A DNA stretch of 64,000 nucleotides, from contig JBBAVS010000003.1 in the NCBI GenBank assembly GCA_040397585.1, positions 5,169 to 69,168 on the forward strand, read 5' to 3'. The notes under the pieces are model-generated. The model did no database searches and was not told the DNA's origin. It worked only from the letters and a program-made list of their open reading frames with translations. Below, in pieces: positions 27,876 through 36,806 of this stretch. The DNA is from Pirellulales bacterium (GTDB taxonomy: Bacteria; Planctomycetota; Planctomycetia; Pirellulales; UBA1268). Within the stretch, counting starts at the first letter, position 1, and each line of letters starts with the position of its first letter. Position numbers and translations under genes: made by a program.

Positions 27876-30764
27876 TCAATCGATGAACTGAAACTCGGCG
27901 ACCGCGAGCACCGCCTGGGCAAGCCGCTCGTATCGTCCGAACGCGCTCGTATCGGACGGCAGCTCTGCCGCGAGCCAGGCCAGGGCTGCATCCCGCTCCT
28001 CGGCTGACGGACTCCGCGACAGCGCCGCCCGCCACAGCGACTCGACGCGGAGATCGTCTCGCGCCGGATCAGCCACCTCCGCCTGCACCCGCGCCGCCAG
28101 CCGCCGCGCGGCATTGACGACGAGTTCGGAGTTGAGCACGGCCAGCGACTGCTGGGGCACGGTGGTCCGTACCCGCACGTGCACGGTCGTGTCGGGGTTG
28201 GCGACATCGAACGTCCGCAGCAGGCCCGGCACATCCTGGCGGTCGAGGCGGCCGTAGATCGACCGCACCGACATCGACTCCACCGCGAGCGGGTCGACGC
28301 CGCGGCCGCCAAACCGCCCATGATCGAGCGTGTCGGCGGCGACGAGCATGGAGTCGCGCCAGGCCTCCCAGTCGAGGCGGCGCCGATTGGCCCGGGCGAA
28401 GAGCCGGTTGTCGGGATCGCGGTCAGCGAGATCCTCGCGGGCGGCCGACGACTGCCGGAAGGTGCGGCTCGTCACGATCTCGCGATGCAGCCAACGCAGG
28501 CTCCAGCCGCCTTCGTCGACGAACCGACGGGCGAGGTCGTCGAGCAGTTCGCGGTGAGCGGGGGCCTCCCCGCGCAGCCCCAGGTCGCCGGCCGCGGGCA
28601 CGAGTCCGCCGCCGAAATGATGCGTCCACGCCCAGTTCACGATCATCCGCGCTGTCAGCGGGTTGCCGGGGCCCACGATCGCACGGGCCAGCTCGAGACG
28701 GCCGCTCGACCCGGCGCCCACCTCCGCCCCCCCCAGCAGCATCGGCATCCGCCGCTTCACGACCTCGCCGCGCCGCGCCGGACTGCCGCGGAGGAGGATC
28801 GGACTGTCCTGCGGCTGCGGGCGATCGACGAGCACCATCGCCCGCGGCGGGCCTCCGGCCGCTTCTGCTTGATGCTTCGTGATGTTCAGTTGCCGTCTGC
28901 GGAACTCCGTCTGCTCCGCCATGGTGGCAACGCGCATCACCTCCTTCTCCGGCACGACGAACGGCGCGCCGGCAGCGCCCAGCAACTCGCGGACCGCCTT
29001 CATGTCGTCCGTCTCGTCGCCGGCGACGGCAGGCCCGCCGGCCCAGTCCGGCGCGACCCGCATCACGATTCGACCGTATGCTTCGGCAAGGTCGGCGAGC
29101 GAGCCGGGACGGGCCGAGGCGAGCTCTTCGCGGATCACGGCATTCAGGTTGGCTGCAGGCTGGCCGGCGGCGTCAGCGTCAAGCAGCCGCGCGAGCCGCG
29201 ACGGCACCTCGGGATCGGATCCCGACGCCGCGGCCACCCATGGCCCGAGGATCGGGTGCCGCTCGGTCTGCCCACCGACGAGACGGGTGAGCTTGTCGAT
29301 GATCAGCTGCTGCAGTTCATAACCGTCGGCCAGCCGCGGCGGCCGCTTGTCGGCACCGCGAACCGCGGGCCGCGCCACCTCGAGAAAGTAGGCGGCCGCG
29401 TGGGCGACGGCCTCGCGCACCGCCCGCGCCCGGACAGCGGCCTGGTGATCGGTCACCGCCTGCCGGAGTTCGGCATAGGTGGCCGCGAAGGCCGCCCCCT
29501 CCGGCCCCGGAGGGGACGGGCCGATCTCGGGCAGTTCCTCTGGGATCTGGCAGCTGGCGAAGATGCCGTGCAGGGCGTAGTAGTCGGCCGTCGTGACGGG
29601 CTCGTACTTATGGTCGTGGCAGCGGGCGCAGGCCACGGTGAGTCCCATCAGCCCGCGGGTCACGAGGTCGATGCGGTCGTCAATGATGTCGTTCGCGTTG
29701 CCGAGGAACGACCTCCCCACGGTGAGGAAGCCGAGCGCGGCCAGATCCGACGGTGGCACCGGCGGCACCACGAGGTCGGCGGCGATCTGCAGGGTGATGA
29801 ACTGGTCATACGGCCGATCGGCCGCAAGCGCTGCGACGACCCAGTCGCGATACGTCCAGGCAAACGGGTAGCGTTTGTCCTGGCTGTCGAACGCGTACCC
29901 CATGGTGTCGGCATACCGCGCCACGTCGAGCCATTTCCGGGCCCAGTGCTCCGCGTGGTGTCGCGATGCCAGCAACCTGTCGACGAGCGCCTGGTACGAC
30001 TCCTCCGTCGGCTGGGCCGCAAACGCATCGACCTCCGCGGCTGGCGGCGGCATGCCGGTCAGATCGAACCACACCCTTCGCACGAGGTCCCGCGGACTTG
30101 CCGCCGGCGACGGTGAGACGCCTGCCGCAGTGGCAGCCGCGAGGATAAAACGGTCGATCCGCGAATGAGCCCACTCAGGGGGAGCCTGCGGCGCGGGTGC
30201 CGGGGGCTCGTGCCGCAGCAGCGGCTGAAACGCCCAGTGGGCACGGAGCGCATCCTCGAGCCGCCGCTGCATGTCGACCGGCCCGGCTGCCGGGGTGGAC
30301 GTGTCGTCATCGCCCCCGGGACCGCTCCACGGCGCCCCTGCCGCAATCCAGGTCTCGAGAGCCGAGATCTCGTCGTCCGAGAGTTTGCCCTCCGGAGGCA
30401 TCGTGACGGCGTCGGCGTGCCGGACCACCGCGAGGAGCCGGCTCTCGGCGGCCTTGCCTGGCACGATCACCGGGCCCGAGTCAGCGCCCCGGATCAGCGC
30501 CTGGCGGCTGTCGAGCCGCAGCCCCGCTTCGGCGATTCCGGCGCCGTGGCACTCCTGGCACCTGGTGGAAAGGAGCGGTCTCACGCGGGATTCGAAGAAC
30601 TGCTGGTGGAGATCCGCGGTCGGCGCCGTTTCGGCCCCGGCCGGCCGGCCCATGCCGCAGCATGCGACGACCGCGATCCCGACGCCCATCCCGACGCCCA
30701 TCCTGAAACCCAGAGCACGCCGGCTGCGCGTCCAGATTCGTGCCGGCACGCCGGGTCGGAGCAT
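27876..30764 (-). CDS. PSCyt1 / DUF1549 / DUF1553 domain protein
   Basis: PSCyt1 FESRVRPLLSTRCQECHGAGIAEAGLRLDS. CARCHDHKYEPVTTADYYALHGIF. C-terminal AVLAVAEFQFID. The start is uncertain: the ATG at 30764 is followed by the hydrophobic GVGIAVVACCGMG, and ATGs further upstream lie inside a tandem repeat. Confidence 0.85.
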   Translation of the reverse strand: MLRPGVPARIWTRSRRALGFRMGVGMGVGIAVVACCGMGRPAGAETAPTADLHQQFFESRVRPLLSTRCQECHGAGIAEAGLRLDSRQALIRGADSGPVIVPGKAAESRLLAVVRHADAVTMPPEGKLSDDEISALETWIAAGAPWSGPGGDDDTSTPAAGPVDMQRRLEDALRAHWAFQPLLRHEPPAPAPQAPPEWAHSRIDRFILAAATAAGVSPSPAASPRDLVRRVWFDLTGMPPPAAEVDAFAAQPTEESYQALVDRLLASRHHAEHWARKWLDVARYADTMGYAFDSQDKRYPFAWTYRDWVVAALAADRPYDQFITLQIAADLVVPPVPPSDLAALGFLTVGRSFLGNANDIIDDRIDLVTRGLMGLTVACARCHDHKYEPVTTADYYALHGIFASCQIPEELPEIGPSPPGPEGAAFAATYAELRQAVTDHQAAVRARAVREAVAHAAAYFLEVARPAVRGADKRPPRLADGYELQQLIIDKLTRLVGGQTERHPILGPWVAAASGSDPEVPSRLARLLDADAAGQPAANLNAVIREELASARPGSLADLAEAYGRIVMRVAPDWAGGPAVAGDETDDMKAVRELLGAAGAPFVVPEKEVMRVATMAEQTEFRRRQLNITKHQAEAAGGPPRAMVLVDRPQPQDSPILLRGSPARRGEVVKRRMPMLLGGAEVGAGSSGRLELARAIVGPGNPLTARMIVNWAWTHHFGGGLVPAAGDLGLRGEAPAHRELLDDLARRFVDEGGWSLRWLHREIVTSRTFRQSSAAREDLADRDPDNRLFARANRRRLDWEAWRDSMLVAADTLDHGRFGGRGVDPLAVESMSVRSIYGRLDRQDVPGLLRTFDVANPDTTVHVRVRTTVPQQSLAVLNSELVVNAARRLAARVQAEVADPARDDLRVESLWRAALSRSPSAEERDAALAWLAAELPSDTSAFGRYERLAQAVLAVAEFQFID

Positions 30765-30860
30765 GGGGCCGCCTCTCGAACAGAAACCACGTGACACACT
30801 AGTATAGTTGGCATGGGTTATGGAATAACCAGCAACTGGTTTCGAAAAAGATGGCGCTGC

Positions 30861-30909
30861 GGTCCTCATGGGGCCTCATAAGGCCTCATGGGCCTCATGG
30901 GTCCTCATG
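30861..30909. repeat. Tandem repeat, 5 copies of a 9-10 bp unit (GGYCCTCATR)
   Basis: Read directly: ggtcctcatg / gggcctcata / aggcctcatg / ggcctcatg / ggtcctcatg. The last copy contains the stop codon (tca at 30905-30907) of the minus-strand gene 30905..34996. The repeat lies ~100 nt upstream of the start of gene 27876..30764. Confidence 0.85.
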
Positions 30910-33900
30910 GCGGCGGTGCTTCCGGCACCGAGGCCGGCACGACTTCCAGCCAGCGTTTGAGCGGCAGGCAGTCGCCCGTGACCCGCAGGACGTAGTGCCC
31001 TGGCACGGTCCCTTTCGTCGTCTGGATCGCCGCCGTGGCCGGCAGATCCGCCTGACGTGGCGAAGCTTCTAGGCCGGGTACGTCAATCCTTACGTGGGGA
31101 GGTGTGTGATTCGGCATCGGCCAGGATGAGAGGCCGACCTCCAGGCTTTGGCCAGCACTACAGACGAGCGGTCTGGGGTCCGCCAGCACGAGTGGCGGGC
31201 AGTCGGTCCGCGGCAGCAGTACCGCGGAGAACCCGAAGACGGTGTCGATGAAGGTGCCATCGGCAGTTCGCTCGATCACGACGGGCCTCGTTTGGAGGGT
31301 CTCGGTATCGATCTCGAGTCCATGCGCGACGTCCGCCGGGAGGTCCGGCAGCCTTACGCGGAGGGCCTGGGCCGGTTTGACGGCCGCGCGATTGCCACAG
31401 GTCAACAGCCAGTAGCGCGGCGACCGCCACAGCCGCCCCGCCCAGTCGTCGCGGTCTCGCGCGTCGAGCGCGGGCGCGGATGGATTCTCATCGGTCGGAT
31501 CGCAGGCGAGCATCGCCTCCTGGAACGTGACCCGCAGCAGGTCCCACTGCAGGTCGGCCGCCGGCGGCCAGGTCCACTCGTTGACCTGGGGCGGATAGCA
31601 CGCAGGCTTTCGCTCCAGGCCGACGCCCCAGATGGACTCGTGGTGCTCGGTGACGAAGCCCTGCCGCGTGCAGGCGCCGGAGCCAGCGCAGGCGAAGCCC
31701 TGGAGCGCGGAGTCGACCTGGCCGTAGTGGTAGGCCAGGCCCTGGTAGCTGGGCACGGCGAGCCGCAACGGGGCGATGTCGGCGCCCGCGTTCCAGATCC
31801 CCAGCATACCGTTGGCGTGGAGGTTCATGACGTCGACGCCTCCCTCGGTGAACAGCATCGAGTCGGGATCGACCGCGTCCATCGCCGCGCGGACCTTTCG
31901 TAGCAACTCCAACTTGCACGGCACCAGGTCGTAGGGCGACGCGTGATGGTGTGCCGGGTTGTGGCAGGTTTCGAACAGCTCCCCCAGTTCATCGAGGCGG
32001 ATGTACTGTGCCCCCGACTCCCGGAGCAGCCGTCCGCAGGTCTGCGCGAGGTGATCCTGCCACGCCTCGTCGCTCAGGCACATCCAGATGCTCTTCGCGT
32101 CCGGCCGCAGCGTGGCGTCGGGCGTCTCCATCGCCATCGCAGCGCGGGGATCACGGCCGCGGAAGAATTCGCTATCGATGCGGACGGTCTTCGCGCCGAT
32201 GTAAAGCCCCAGGTGGCGGCCGATCCGCTCGACGCCGGCGACACCGCGCCGCATCGCCGCGGCCCCGCCCAGATCGCTGCGGAACTCGTAGATGCCGTCG
32301 CAGTGGTCGAAGGCGTCGACGTGCCCGGTGGTGACGACTCCCTGCCAGTACTGAGCCCATTCCTGCAGATCGAACCGGCCCCCGAGGTATGCCCGCGGCA
32401 GGTCTGCGAAGGACGTGAATGGACCGGCAGGTGTGGCTGTGGCCTGCGGCACGGGGCGGGCCTGATTTGCCTGCGCTGCCGCGACTTCCTTCGGGCCCGG
32501 GATCCATGCTCCCGAGTAGGATCCGATCTCCGCGAACCACGCGGGCGCATGACGGAGTGAAAATGTTGCGGCGAACCACTCCCGGTATCTCCGGGCGGTC
32601 ACCTTCCAATCGCCGCTAGTCACCAGCAGTTGGCTTGTGGGAAACGAGGCGGCCGCTCCTGGCGCCAGGCGAACCTGGTCGAAATAGAAGATCTCCATGC
32701 CTCCGCCCGGCCAGCGGCGCAGGATCTTGTTGCGGATCGACTCGTCGAGGGCGATCATCCCGAGCGTCCCGTTCGTGGCCGGGTCGTAGACGGCGTTCCA
32801 CGGCATCGACCAGTCGCGGGTGTAGACACCGCCCTGCAGCGACCACGCCGGCGCCCGCGACTGCCCCACGTCACGAAGGCGTACTCCGAGGTTAGCCGCG
32901 GGGTCAGCGCCCAGACCAAGACCGGTGAGATGCGGGATGGCCGCCATCACGCTCTTGGGGGCGGTCCCCGTGTTCCGAATCGTGAGGTCCAAGCCGAGGG
33001 CACAGTCGCCGTCGGGCAGCGTCGCATCAAGGTCGAACCTGAGCCCGTGGGCCGCATCGACGAGCTCGAGCGTCAGTCGCCCCTCCTGCGGCCCACGGAC
33101 GAATCGGCTCGTCTCCAGGCGGCACCCACGGGGATCGACGATGTCACCTCCGAGCGCATCATCGGGCGGCTGGATCGGCCAGGGAAACGGCAGTCTCAGC
33201 GCCGAAGGCACCTCCGTCGGATCGACGTGCACTCGGAACGGATTCCCTGCCGCCCCGGGTTGCTTCAGATACTCGTCGTCGCCGTCGAGGTTTCGCAGGC
33301 TCACGAGTTCACCGGTGCCGCGGTCGAACGCGACGCTGACCCGGTCGTTTGCCAGTCCAAGCAGTTCGGTCGTATCGATCAATCGTGTTCGCGTCTGCTC
33401 GGTGGGATCCGGTGCGGCCTGCTCGCGAGCAGCTTGCTCCAGGGCCTCGGCCATCTCGCGGCGCAGGCCGTCGAGCACCAGCGGGTCGGTCGTGGAGTCG
33501 TTCAGGCTCGTCGTCGCCCGGCGGGTCAGCGCCTGCATCGCCTCCGGGCCGCGGAGCTTCTCGAACAGCGTCAGGTATTCGAAGTCATCCATACCGTCGC
33601 GGAGCAGCTCGAGACGGATCGAAGTCACCGGGCCATCGATTCCCACTCGGTCGCCGGGATAGACGAGCGAGCCGTCGCCGTAGCAGTCGCTCTTGAACGT
33701 GTAGGTGTGGATGTCGGTCCAGGGGTCGCGGGTGTAGGCGGGATCCCAATACGTCGCCGACCAGTAGAGGAATCCGTCGATGCCCCGCTGCTTCTGCTGC
33801 CAGAACAGCGCCCGATGGGCGGCCCCCGGCCAGTCGACCATCACGTTGGCGCGGGGCTGCCGGGGCACGCAGCACACGTACCACCAGGAACCCTCGCCGC

Positions 33901-34996
33901 GGGCTGCCCGCGCCTGCTGCTCGTCCACATCGACGGCGCTCGAGAGCGGACACCACTGATCGACCAGACCGTCGAGGCGGTCATAGGTGGAGCGGCCCGA
34001 CGCCTGCTGCGGGTTGCCGTTGAACGGCACCATGATCGCCGCCCGTGGCTCGATCGCTCGGATGCGCCGCGCCCGCCGGGCCAGTTGCTCGAAGTCGGCC
34101 TCGGTCTGCGGCTCGTCCCAGACGTAAAAGAAGCCTTTCTTCAGCCAGTCATGCGCACGAAGATGCTCCACGAGCCGCCGCAGTTCCGCGTCGTCCTCGC
34201 TGCAGGGGATCACGAAACTCGTCAGCCGTGGATCGTCGAGCCACCGAGCCGCCTCGGGCGAGAAGAGGTCGCAGGGAGGGGTGAACGGGGAGAGCCGCCG
34301 TTCGAGGAAGAACTGGTAGTAGTTCCGCTCCAGTTCGGCGGCCTCTGGCGTTCCCGGCTGCACACCGTGCTGCCGCAGGACGAAATCCATGGAGATGCCG
34401 ATGGCCGTGCGCAGGGCCGGGCGTTCCGGGAGTCGAAACCCGAACACCCGCAGGCTCACCGGGACCTCGCGTTCGGGCTGCGTGTCGAACGACAGCCGGA
34501 GTGTCGCCCGGTAGGTGCCGGCCGGCGCCGTCGGCGGCACCCGCACGCTCAGCCAGAGCGGCTGCGCCAGTCCGGGCAGGAGCGGCAGCGGGCCGCGAAA
34601 CGGGGGCAGCGGATCGGGCCAGGCGCGGTTGAGTCTGGGCAGGTAGACATGGTCCACCCGCAGGAGGTCGGCATGGATGTCGGGGCAAGCGCTGCCCCGG
34701 TCGTCGCGGAACTCCGACACCGTAGCGCTCGTCAGCACGCATGCCGCCCCTTGTGCCCGCAGCACCACCTGGGTCGATTCGGTCTCGCCACCAGCCGCCT
34801 CCAGCCGCACCTCCGTCTCGGCATCTCCGGGCGGGCCGTCCTCGCGGAAAACCTTGCGGGCAGCGGGAGCGGTCCACAGCTGGAGTGCGGATGCTGGCGG
34901 GATCACTTCCGCCGCTGCCCAGCAGCCACACAACGTCGATGCCAGGGCGGCCAGCATCGCTCTTCGGCATGGGATCCGCAGACGCGCAAGCGGCAT
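30905..34996 (-). CDS. Secreted 1363-aa protein: N-terminal DUF4091 / GH123-like region fused to a ~830-aa uncharacterised C-terminal region
   Basis: Signal peptide MPLARLRIPCRRAMLAALASTLCGCWAAAEV. DUF4091-type signature GIDGFLYWSATYW...CYGDGSLVYPG...GPVTSIRLELLRDGMDDFEYL, roughly at 33400-34000. For the C-terminal part (30905 to about 33400) I recognise no motif. Confidence 0.8.
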   Translation of the reverse strand: MPLARLRIPCRRAMLAALASTLCGCWAAAEVIPPASALQLWTAPAARKVFREDGPPGDAETEVRLEAAGGETESTQVVLRAQGAACVLTSATVSEFRDDRGSACPDIHADLLRVDHVYLPRLNRAWPDPLPPFRGPLPLLPGLAQPLWLSVRVPPTAPAGTYRATLRLSFDTQPEREVPVSLRVFGFRLPERPALRTAIGISMDFVLRQHGVQPGTPEAAELERNYYQFFLERRLSPFTPPCDLFSPEAARWLDDPRLTSFVIPCSEDDAELRRLVEHLRAHDWLKKGFFYVWDEPQTEADFEQLARRARRIRAIEPRAAIMVPFNGNPQQASGRSTYDRLDGLVDQWCPLSSAVDVDEQQARAARGEGSWWYVCCVPRQPRANVMVDWPGAAHRALFWQQKQRGIDGFLYWSATYWDPAYTRDPWTDIHTYTFKSDCYGDGSLVYPGDRVGIDGPVTSIRLELLRDGMDDFEYLTLFEKLRGPEAMQALTRRATTSLNDSTTDPLVLDGLRREMAEALEQAAREQAAPDPTEQTRTRLIDTTELLGLANDRVSVAFDRGTGELVSLRNLDGDDEYLKQPGAAGNPFRVHVDPTEVPSALRLPFPWPIQPPDDALGGDIVDPRGCRLETSRFVRGPQEGRLTLELVDAAHGLRFDLDATLPDGDCALGLDLTIRNTGTAPKSVMAAIPHLTGLGLGADPAANLGVRLRDVGQSRAPAWSLQGGVYTRDWSMPWNAVYDPATNGTLGMIALDESIRNKILRRWPGGGMEIFYFDQVRLAPGAAASFPTSQLLVTSGDWKVTARRYREWFAATFSLRHAPAWFAEIGSYSGAWIPGPKEVAAAQANQARPVPQATATPAGPFTSFADLPRAYLGGRFDLQEWAQYWQGVVTTGHVDAFDHCDGIYEFRSDLGGAAAMRRGVAGVERIGRHLGLYIGAKTVRIDSEFFRGRDPRAAMAMETPDATLRPDAKSIWMCLSDEAWQDHLAQTCGRLLRESGAQYIRLDELGELFETCHNPAHHHASPYDLVPCKLELLRKVRAAMDAVDPDSMLFTEGGVDVMNLHANGMLGIWNAGADIAPLRLAVPSYQGLAYHYGQVDSALQGFACAGSGACTRQGFVTEHHESIWGVGLERKPACYPPQVNEWTWPPAADLQWDLLRVTFQEAMLACDPTDENPSAPALDARDRDDWAGRLWRSPRYWLLTCGNRAAVKPAQALRVRLPDLPADVAHGLEIDTETLQTRPVVIERTADGTFIDTVFGFSAVLLPRTDCPPLVLADPRPLVCSAGQSLEVGLSSWPMPNHTPPHVRIDVPGLEASPRQADLPATAAIQTTKGTVPGHYVLRVTGDCLPLKRWLEVVPASVPEAPPP

Positions 34997-35203
34997 GCAG
35001 TCGCTCCAGTGGGTGGCGGGCATTTCGTACGGTCGGCAGGCCTCGCCGAGTGAGTCGCGAGCATACCCCATCGATGGATAGAATAGGGGCCTGGAAAGCG
35101 CTGGCTTGATGGAGCGGTATCCCATTCCCATGCAGAGGCTCATGCGGCCTTTTTCGTTCGTGATGATCCTCGGGCTCGCCGCCCCCCACCGGGAGATACT
35201 CGG

Positions 35204-36670
35204 ATGAAGAAGCCCACGACCCGTCGCACGTTTCTCGCCTCGTCAGCAGCCGCTGGATCGCTGCTGCTCGCTTCGCCGCGCGCTTCGGCCTCGATGCGGA
35301 GTGCGAACGATCGCGTCCGCATCGCCGTGCTCGGCCTCAACGGCCGCGGCAAGGCCCACCTGAGCGGCTTCATGGGCCTCGACAACGTCGAGATCGCGGC
35401 CGTCGTCGATCCCGACGCGGAGGTGCTCGGCCGCACCGTCGAGATGCTGAAGAAGAAGGCCGGCAAAGCGACCGCCGCGCCTGCGGCAGTGGCCGACTTT
35501 CGCAGCGTGCTCGACGACAAGAGCATCGATGCCGTCTCGATTGCCGCCCCCAACCACTGGCACTCGCTGATGACGATCCTCGCAGCCCAGGCCGGTAAGC
35601 ACGTCTACGTGGAGAAGCCCCTCAGCCACGACGTCGCCGAAGGCCGGATCGCCGTCGCCGCGGCGACGAAGTATGGAGTGGTGGTGCAGCATGGCACGCA
35701 GCGACGGAGCGATGCGAACATCGCCGGGCTCCACGAAGCCCTGAAGAACGGCACCCTGCCGAGGCTCGCGCTCGCCTACGGGTACTGCTGCAAGCCGCGG
35801 GACGGGATCGGCTTCATGCCCGACACGGATCCCCCGGCAGCGCTCGACTGGAACCTCTGGAAGGGTCCGGCCGTGATCGACCACTATCACGCGAACCTGG
35901 TGCACTACAACTGGCACTGGTTCTGGAAGACCGGCAACGGCGATCTCAACAACCAGGGAACGCATCAGCTCGACGTGGCCTGCTGGGCGATCGACGACGA
36001 CCAGGTGCATCCCGTGCGGGCCCTGGCCCTCGGCGGCCGCTTCGCCTGGCACGACCAGGGAGAAACGCCCAACACCATGTTCGCGATGGCGGAGTATGCC
36101 AACGGGCAGAAGGTGCTGTTCAACGTGCGGAACGTGAAATACGACGGCTACACGCGGCAGGTTGAGAACGAATACTACCTCGAAGATGGCAGCGTCATCA
36201 TCGGTGAGGGGCCCTTCCGCATCCGGCGGCCGGGCGGAAAGGAGTTCGAGCCGCTCGACATCCCGCCGGGCCGGGTGACGCCCGGCGGAAACTGGCAGAG
36301 CTTCGTCACGGCTGTCCGGGCCGGGGATCCGAAACTCGCCAACGGCGGCGTGCAGGACGCCCACCGGGGCTGCGTGCTCGGCCACCTGATGAACAACTCC
36401 TACCGGCTGGGCGTCGAGATGCCGTTTGATGAGAAGGCGGTGCGATTTGGAGACCGAGCCGATGTCGCCGAGCACTTCCTCGCCCTGCATTCGATCATGC
36501 GAGATGGAGTGGGGATTCCGGAGCACGGCACGTCGTATCGCGTCGGTCCGCTGCTGACGTTTGATCCCGCCACCGAGCGGCACGTGGGAGAGCATGCGGA
36601 CGACGCGAACCGCCTGCTCAAGGATCCCAACAACCCGGCCTTCACAGTGCCGTCGCTCGATCGGATCTGA
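35204..36670 (+). CDS. Tat-exported Gfo/Idh/MocA-family oxidoreductase
   Basis: GGGAGA RBS-like sequence upstream. Twin-arginine signal MKKPTTRRTFLASSAAAGSLLLASPRASA. Rossmann entry VRIAVLGLNGRGKAH. HVYVEKPLSH. Confidence 0.9.
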   Translation: MKKPTTRRTFLASSAAAGSLLLASPRASASMRSANDRVRIAVLGLNGRGKAHLSGFMGLDNVEIAAVVDPDAEVLGRTVEMLKKKAGKATAAPAAVADFRSVLDDKSIDAVSIAAPNHWHSLMTILAAQAGKHVYVEKPLSHDVAEGRIAVAAATKYGVVVQHGTQRRSDANIAGLHEALKNGTLPRLALAYGYCCKPRDGIGFMPDTDPPAALDWNLWKGPAVIDHYHANLVHYNWHWFWKTGNGDLNNQGTHQLDVACWAIDDDQVHPVRALALGGRFAWHDQGETPNTMFAMAEYANGQKVLFNVRNVKYDGYTRQVENEYYLEDGSVIIGEGPFRIRRPGGKEFEPLDIPPGRVTPGGNWQSFVTAVRAGDPKLANGGVQDAHRGCVLGHLMNNSYRLGVEMPFDEKAVRFGDRADVAEHFLALHSIMRDGVGIPEHGTSYRVGPLLTFDPATERHVGEHADDANRLLKDPNNPAFTVPSLDRI

Positions 36671-36806
36671 TCCGCGCCGAGATTCGCCCGATTTCGAGGG
36701 CCGCACGAGCGAGGCCAGGAATCGGGAGCGTGAACCATTTCCATTCGCACCCGTCGCCACGCAGACGGCAGAGCAGCCCTACGATGTGATCGGGGGCCCA
36801 TCGCCG

